NCBI GenBank assembly: GCA_049903315.1
Contig: JBNGBT010000002.1
Coordinates: 224,001-288,000, forward strand
Length of the DNA stretch: 64,000 nucleotides
Reading direction: 5' to 3'
DNA from: Candidatus Cloacimonadota bacterium
GTDB taxonomy: Bacteria; Cloacimonadota; Cloacimonadia; JGIOTU-2
A model generated the notes under the pieces. That model saw only the letters and a program-made list of their open reading frames with translations, was not told the DNA's origin and searched no databases. This document shows positions 58,601 through 64,000 of the stretch, one piece after another. Each line of letters opens with the position of its first letter. Position 1 is the first letter of the stretch. The translations under genes and the position numbers were made by a program.

Positions 58601-61126
58601 TGCACAAATGGATGGCTTGCACCTGGTGGAAGCGAAGAGTTTGCTTTTATGAATAGACCAATTCCAGAATCTCTTGGACCATCGCCAATGATCGCAGCAT
58701 TCTGGGACGATCTGAAAACTTCTACGAGTGGTAATATTTGTTATAAATATGACAGCAGCTCACATTATTTTGTCGTTGAATGGTCACATTCAAGAAATGA
58801 CTATGACAATTCCGAGGAAACTTTCGAGGTTATTATTTTTGATCCTACTTACTATCCGACTCCGACAGGAGATTCTGAGATATTAGTTCAATATAAGGTA
58901 GTCCATAATGTGAATGCAGGCTATTATTCTGGCGGCTATATTAACCATGGAGAATATGCAACTATTGGTTTGGAAGACCACACTGGAAAAATTGGGCTGC
59001 AATACAGCTTCTGTAATCAGTATCCTACTGCTGCGAAGACCTTGAGCAATGAATCTGCGATATTGTTTACAACTCGCGGATCACAAATTCTTGATCCTCC
59101 GATTGCAGGTGTTTCCCCTCTGGAATTCAATTTTGACCTTGATGTAGGGCAAACTAGTTCGGATGTCCTTAATATTACAAATACTGGAGAGTCCAATTTA
59201 ATATACTCTATTGAAAAAGTGTATAACGATGATCGTGATGGAGGTGGTCCGGATAGCTATGGCTATGTGTGGACAGATTCAAACGAACCCGGTGGACCCA
59301 ATTATGATTGGATAGATATAAGCGGTATTGGAACTGAAGTAAATTTTTCTCATAATGATGTTGCTTCCGGTCCTATTAATATTGGTTTTGATTTTGATTT
59401 TTACGGAGAAACCTACAATGAATTCATCATCAGTCCGAACGGTTGGATTGGATTTGGAGACGATTGGGATGATTATCATAACTATTCAATTCCCCGAAAC
59501 GATGCACCAAGACCAGCCATCTTCGGATTCTGGGATGACCTTGATCCTCTGCAGGGAGGAGACGTTTATTATTATTCAGATGGTGCTGAGAATTTGATAA
59601 TTTGGTTTGACCATGTAATACATTTTCCCGGAAATACAAACGGCACATATGATTTTCAAATAATAATCACAAGTGAGAATACAATTAAATATCAGTATCG
59701 CTCACTCAGTGGGACTTTAAGCTCCTGCACTGTCGGTATCCAAAATGCATCCGGTTCAGTAGGTCTGCAAGTGGTTTATAATGAAACCTATCTGCAGAAT
59801 AATCTTGCCGTTGAGTTTTACAGAGTTATTGATTGGCTCAGTGTAGATCCTATAAGCGGTATTGTTTTCGCAAATGATACTCAACTCGTTGATATTTTTG
59901 TAGATACTGATGATCTTGAATATGGTCATAACTATCAATGTGATCTCTATCTCACGACAAACGATCCCAATCTCAGCCAGACTGTAATACCTGTATATTT
60001 AACGGTTGGCAACATCGATCAAGGTACTGTCCTTGGAAATGTAACATTGCTTGGCGGAACAGCAACAATGGATGAAGTTACTATTAATATCGGGAGTATA
60101 TCTATTCATCCAAATGCATCAGGATATTTTGAAGTACTCGTTCCTATAGGCAACTACACATTTGAGGCAACTTGCTCCGGATATGACAGTTACGTAGAAG
60201 ATATTGAAGTACTGCTTGATCAAACTACCCCAGTAAATCCGATCCTTGAATACACAGAAGCGCCCGATGAAGTATGGGTAGAGCTTTCTGAGGATTATCG
60301 CGCAACAGTTTTATGGAATAGTGTATCTCAATATACTGAGACGAAGTTTTTCCAATCCTACACACTTGCACGTCAAATTGATTCTGGTAATTGGATAATC
60401 ATACAAGAAGGATTATCCGACACAACGTATACGGATAATTTGTTCAATCAATCAGATGGAGAGTATAAGTACGGTGTGAAAGCAGTGTATGAATTCACGC
60501 AAAGTGAAATGACTCAATCTGAAACTGTGCCAATATTCCGTTTTATTGATGTCCAATTTGAATTTACACTGTCTAACGGACTGGAACCGGGTGGAATACA
60601 TTTCACGTTAACGGGATTGGATACAATTTATACACAAGTCTTTGAAGATACAACTCATACAAATGGCATCATAACTTATACGGATGTGTTTAAAACAGAT
60701 TATCACCTCATAGCAGAAAAAGATGGATATGAAACGATTGATGAGATGATTACGATTGATGATGAAACCACAAGTTTTGAATATACACTTCAATACCTCA
60801 CAGCTGTAGGAAATGAACCTGTTCCCCTGATAAGTAAAATTGAGCAAAATTATCCTAATCCTTTTCATATTTCCGGATTTTCAAGTGGTGGAACAGAGAT
60901 AAATTATCACGTTCATAAACCAGCTCATGTGAGTGTGGAAATTTTCAATATCAAGGGTGAACGTGTTACAACATTAGTAAATGAAAGCATGACACCAGGT
61001 ATCTACTCAACTAAATGGGATGGATTGGATGACAAGAGAAGAGATGTAAGTTCCGGTATCTATTTCTACAGACTGATGCTCGATAATTCAACTATTGAAA
61101 GTAAGAAGTGTATTCTCATAAGATAA
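55685..61126 (+). CDS. Secreted C25 gingipain-family protein with large C-terminal extensions and sorting domain
   Basis: Propeptide (EGYPDLP), IVGD, IGRLS, HYRGYYG, PTCGTG, NLMGDPGM; GPDxYGY domains; QNYPNPF...SSGIYFYRL...KKCILIR. Confidence 0.88.
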   Translation: MKKALLVLILCFVSFSTVYASTEDPLALSQDEKVMRCKFSDLNVTEISFELPEYDQNSVYEKNVQYTKISLPSEGALILEGYPDLPVISRLIAIPSQGSVTYEIENIYEEVISNVEIYPYQGEDRTVNNFLMNEKVYRGNSPFPSEIITVSEPQILRDLRLVRVTIQPFQYFPETKELRIIKNADIRVTTSGTGGANEKSSQRKISRAFEPIYKSMVLNYDELFRDVEYQEPCYLFIYPTDNTVQTYLSLITEWKHQKGFHVETTDLSHCGSSSGQIKTFIQNAYDTWAYPPEFICIVGDADGSYNVPTSYYSSGEGDQYYALLEGNDILADVIIGRLSFNSILEFQTIISKILNYEKTPYMANTDWYKKALLVGDQSSSGPSCISTCKFVKEVMQEYSNGYIFDEVYSNPFVSGIANSINNGVSYFHYRGYYGMSQWDNTDISNLSNGYLLPFAVFPTCGTGDFQGTTGRSEYFLKVGSPSAPKGAIAAIGTATLSTHTCFNNTVSAGVFTGVFRDKIFNPGGALVRGKLSLFNSYPTNPNNWVNCFSYWNNLMGDPGMELWTGVPIQLNVTHPSIVPVGTNNIEVIVKNTYGFVIEDAWVTIYQEGDNIFESGYTDSYGKVVLPMNTSILDDVTITVTKHDHIPYISEFGIAQANSFASVCHIVVDDDNTGASSGNNNALVNPGEDIELIISLKNYGTYDLHSVTATLSTNTPGITITDGTEDYGTILSNQTVLCADDFDFSVDADVLGGTEITFELIITDSASNEWTEWFTIPVDGANLDFVECTIIDGNDGILSPGETAQAIIALRNSGTVTAYAVDGILHSNDDNIVIDDSLGYWGVIYANDIATNNANTFQVTADTQVIPGTQFQLPLHLSNTDGYDDNVVVTLEVGIVDVGDPLGPDQYGYYCYDDGDTDYSVAPFYSWVEIDPDFGGNGTILNLYDNGDDGDIETIEIPFGMTFYGRFYHYLTVCTNGWLAPGGSEEFAFMNRPIPESLGPSPMIAAFWDDLKTSTSGNICYKYDSSSHYFVVEWSHSRNDYDNSEETFEVIIFDPTYYPTPTGDSEILVQYKVVHNVNAGYYSGGYINHGEYATIGLEDHTGKIGLQYSFCNQYPTAAKTLSNESAILFTTRGSQILDPPIAGVSPLEFNFDLDVGQTSSDVLNITNTGESNLIYSIEKVYNDDRDGGGPDSYGYVWTDSNEPGGPNYDWIDISGIGTEVNFSHNDVASGPINIGFDFDFYGETYNEFIISPNGWIGFGDDWDDYHNYSIPRNDAPRPAIFGFWDDLDPLQGGDVYYYSDGAENLIIWFDHVIHFPGNTNGTYDFQIIITSENTIKYQYRSLSGTLSSCTVGIQNASGSVGLQVVYNETYLQNNLAVEFYRVIDWLSVDPISGIVFANDTQLVDIFVDTDDLEYGHNYQCDLYLTTNDPNLSQTVIPVYLTVGNIDQGTVLGNVTLLGGTATMDEVTINIGSISIHPNASGYFEVLVPIGNYTFEATCSGYDSYVEDIEVLLDQTTPVNPILEYTEAPDEVWVELSEDYRATVLWNSVSQYTETKFFQSYTLARQIDSGNWIIIQEGLSDTTYTDNLFNQSDGEYKYGVKAVYEFTQSEMTQSETVPIFRFIDVQFEFTLSNGLEPGGIHFTLTGLDTIYTQVFEDTTHTNGIITYTDVFKTDYHLIAEKDGYETIDEMITIDDETTSFEYTLQYLTAVGNEPVPLISKIEQNYPNPFHISGFSSGGTEINYHVHKPAHVSVEIFNIKGERVTTLVNESMTPGIYSTKWDGLDDKRRDVSSGIYFYRLMLDNSTIESKKCILIR

Positions 61127-61139
61127 ATAAATTAAAGAT

Positions 61140-61568
61140 ATGCCACAAAGACAGGAAGACACAAAGAAAAACAAAGATATCTTCGAATCTATACCTGAAT
61201 CGATAGAGCAGATTGGTAGGTTGATCGTAGATTCGGCATATACTGTACATTACAATTTGGGATCCGGCTTGCTGGAGAAAATATATGAAGTGTGTTTTTG
61301 TCATGAATTGGCGAAACGTGGTATTAAATATCAAAGGCAGGTAAATGTCCCAATTGTTTATGACGATCTCGAATTTAACGAAGGATTGAGACTTGATGTT
61401 CTTGTTGAAGACAGCGTTATTTGCGAGTTAAAAGCAATTGAGGCAGTAAATCCTATATGGGAAGCTCAAATCATAAGTCATCTAAAACTTACTGGTAATA
61501 GACTTGGCTACTTAATCAATTTCAATGTGCCCAAGATTAAAGATGGCATCCGAAGATTTGTAAATTAA
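61140..61568 (+). CDS. GxxExxY family PD-(D/E)XK nuclease-like protein
   Basis: VH..LGSGLLEKIY, RLDVLVEDSVICELKA, AQIISHLKLT...LGYLINF. Confidence 0.92.
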   Translation: MPQRQEDTKKNKDIFESIPESIEQIGRLIVDSAYTVHYNLGSGLLEKIYEVCFCHELAKRGIKYQRQVNVPIVYDDLEFNEGLRLDVLVEDSVICELKAIEAVNPIWEAQIISHLKLTGNRLGYLINFNVPKIKDGIRRFVN

Positions 61569-61762
61569 GTATACGATGATTTCAGCCGATTCGTTTATTG
61601 TTCCTTTGCAGTTTTCTTGGAGTCCTTGTGACTTCGTGGTAAAAAGTTAAATAAATTAAATTTATACGTGAAAAATTAAAAATGCTACAGAGACAGTAAG
61701 GCAGAAAGCGTTCTTTAAGGATTCCAACTGTAGTTACCTTTGTGTCTTAGTGCCTTAGTGGC
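61142..61762. mobile_element. GxxExxY element with 25-bp inverted arms of 8-nt periodicity, plus an adjacent empty mini-copy
   Basis: Arms at 61142-61166 (+), 61616-61640 (-), 61684-61708 (+) and 61738-61762 (-). Confidence 0.7.
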
Positions 61763-61797
61763 AGATAAAAAGTAAATATTTTTTTGGAGTTTTTATA

Positions 61798-64000
61798 ATG
61801 AAAAAGTTTTTGATATTCACTATCGTTCTATTTACATGTGCTTCGGCTTTCGCAGATGTTATTGAAAAGACCTATTATTTTGATGCACCTCATATCACTG
61901 AAGTAGATGCTCAATATCAGCTTATTGAGTTTGAGTCAACTATTCAATCTGCCCGTGAAGGTAATCCCTCTTTGCCTTATTTTGCAATTTCATTACTTCT
62001 TCCATCAGGACAGGAAGCATATCAAATCGAAGTAATTTCCGATAATAAAACTGTTGTCTTGGGAGAATATCAGCTCTATCCAATGCAATATGTGCAGCCC
62101 TATTCAAAGGGAGCTTCTGGTGAGTTCGTGAAAAATCAAGAATTGTATAATGAGGCAAAGATCTATCCGGAATTATTGCATGGGGAACTCAGTACTCATT
62201 TTATGAATGGGTATGGATTTGCCTTTGCTGCGATCACTCCTGTTGAATATATACCAAGAGAAAGAAGCATTTCTTATTATAAGAGTTTAACGGTTAGAAT
62301 CCACACTCAATCGATGAACAATTCCTTCTTTGTTGCAATTCCTGCCAGTGTATCTGACCAGCAAATCAGCACTTTACATCAGCTTGCACAGAACGATGAA
62401 ATGTTCTCTTCCTACAACAGAACACAGCGTGACAGCAACTATGAGATACTCATTGTTACTCCTGAAGCTTTTGTAAGCGATTTTTCTGATCTTACAGCAA
62501 TGTATTTAACACAGGGATTGAGAACGCAGATCGCAACTACTCAAACAATCGCAGCTACTATGATTGGCGTGGATCTCCAGCAAAAAATAAGAAATTATGT
62601 TATTCAAGAATATCAAAACAACGGGATTCAATATGTAATACTCGGTGGAGATGATGAGCACATCCCGCATAGGGGTTTCTTCTGCGAAGTACAATCTTCC
62701 TCTTTATATTCTGATGACGATATCCCTGCTGATCTCTACTATTCCGCACTCGACGGTACATGGAATGATGATGGAGATAATCTTTGGGGTGAAATAGGGG
62801 AAGATGACCTTTTGCCGGATGTTTCTGTGGGAAGGATGTCATTCAGTAATTCTGCTGAACTTGCAAATATTCTCAATAAGTCAATGATGTACCAAGAGGA
62901 TCCTATTCTTGGAGAGCTGACGAAGCCCATTCTTGCTGGTGAAGATCTTTACGACAATCCACAAACATGGGGTGGAGATTACCTCGATCTGCTCATTGGT
63001 TATCATGAGGACAATGGCTACACTACTGAAGGCATTCCCATCACAAATAATATTGAAAAACTTTATGATAGAGATATTGGGTATTGGAGCAGTTCTACTT
63101 TGATTAGCAAGATCAATGAAGGAAAATCCTATGTGCATCATTCTGGTCATGCGAGTGAAACATATTGCATGAGAATGTCTAACAGCGACATCACGAATTC
63201 GAATTTTTCTAACCTTAATGGTATTACACACAATTATACTCATATTTATACTCATGGCTGCCTGTCAGGAGCGTTTGATTCAAACGATTGTATCGCAGAG
63301 AAAATAGTGAATTTAGAAAATTTCGCAGCTTCATTTATTGGGAATTCACGCTACGGATGGTTTAACGAAGGTCAAACTGAGGGTCCTTCTGAACATATGC
63401 ATAGAGAATATGTGAATGCGCTATACACACTTCGTACAGACCGGATTGGTGAAGCCCATCTTAATTCAAAGATATACACTGCTCCCTGGGTAAATGCTCC
63501 AGGTCAGCATGAAGAAGGCGCACTTCGATGGTGTTTTTATTGTTGCAATGTGATTGGAGACCCAGTCATGCCCATTTGGACAGATGAACCGATTGATAAG
63601 CAAGTCATGTATCCGGACAGTATTTGTATCGGGCAGAACCAGGTGCAGATAACAGTTACAAGTCTTACATCTTTTGTGGAAGGTCTTGTTTGTACGCTTC
63701 TTAAAGATGGAGAGTTTCATGGTACAGGAATGGTTAATTCTTTTGGATCAGCTACGATTAATATCGATCCGGTTTTTACTGATGTTGGTACAGCACAACT
63801 TATTGTGACTGGTTATAATTGTATGAAATCTACATATGATGTAATGGTAATTCCAAGTGCCGGTGCATATATCATCATTGATAGCGTAGCGACCAGGGAT
63901 GATAATAATAATATTCCTGAATTTTCGGAACAGGTTAGTTTTGATCTCGTACTGAAAAATGTGGGAACACAAGATGCAGCAAACGTGAATGCAACGCTCA
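61798..64000 (+). CDS. Third C25 gingipain-family cysteine peptidase, truncated by the window end
   Basis: GGAG SD; MKKFLIFTIVLFTCASAFA signal; EGNPSLP, ILGGDD, DLYYSALDG, HHSGH (His), THGC (Cys), FIGNSRYGW; absent from the ORF track because there is no stop in the window. Confidence 0.88.
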   Translation, partial: MKKFLIFTIVLFTCASAFADVIEKTYYFDAPHITEVDAQYQLIEFESTIQSAREGNPSLPYFAISLLLPSGQEAYQIEVISDNKTVVLGEYQLYPMQYVQPYSKGASGEFVKNQELYNEAKIYPELLHGELSTHFMNGYGFAFAAITPVEYIPRERSISYYKSLTVRIHTQSMNNSFFVAIPASVSDQQISTLHQLAQNDEMFSSYNRTQRDSNYEILIVTPEAFVSDFSDLTAMYLTQGLRTQIATTQTIAATMIGVDLQQKIRNYVIQEYQNNGIQYVILGGDDEHIPHRGFFCEVQSSSLYSDDDIPADLYYSALDGTWNDDGDNLWGEIGEDDLLPDVSVGRMSFSNSAELANILNKSMMYQEDPILGELTKPILAGEDLYDNPQTWGGDYLDLLIGYHEDNGYTTEGIPITNNIEKLYDRDIGYWSSSTLISKINEGKSYVHHSGHASETYCMRMSNSDITNSNFSNLNGITHNYTHIYTHGCLSGAFDSNDCIAEKIVNLENFAASFIGNSRYGWFNEGQTEGPSEHMHREYVNALYTLRTDRIGEAHLNSKIYTAPWVNAPGQHEEGALRWCFYCCNVIGDPVMPIWTDEPIDKQVMYPDSICIGQNQVQITVTSLTSFVEGLVCTLLKDGEFHGTGMVNSFGSATINIDPVFTDVGTAQLIVTGYNCMKSTYDVMVIPSAGAYIIIDSVATRDDNNNIPEFSEQVSFDLVLKNVGTQDAANVNATL

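Overview
AT-rich bacterial chromosomal segment, most consistent with a Cloacimonadota/FCB-type diderm anaerobe. This is inferred from several giant secreted proteins ending in an FlgD-Ig/T9SS-like sorting domain (NYPNPF...SGIYFY...KKLILMR), including three C25 gingipain-family genes. It also carries housekeeping genes (algC-like PMM/PGM, asnA, typA, pgi, rlmN, tldD/pmbA), ABC systems, a TetR-headed LolCDE/LolA-like plus beta-barrel operon, and an HD-GYP / adenylate cyclase / REC-GGDEF cluster. No rRNA, tRNA, CRISPR, prophage or reverse transcriptase was recognised. The most unusual signal is intergenic. (1) A REP-associated HUH tyrosine transposase (RAYT) is flanked by four co-oriented three-way-junction palindromes, with a fifth solo copy 16.5 kb away. 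(2) At least four further palindrome families are present, plus short-period inverted-repeat elements, one of them around a GxxExxY nuclease gene. (3) Diverged copies of gene 3' ends (mostly synonymous changes) and of promoters are repeatedly stranded directly behind these palindromes. In 12.1-16.7 kb this yields a cassette-like array of five sorting-domain tails separating unrelated cargo genes. I interpret this as palindrome-anchored cassette/allele replacement; that is a hypothesis, not something the sequence proves.
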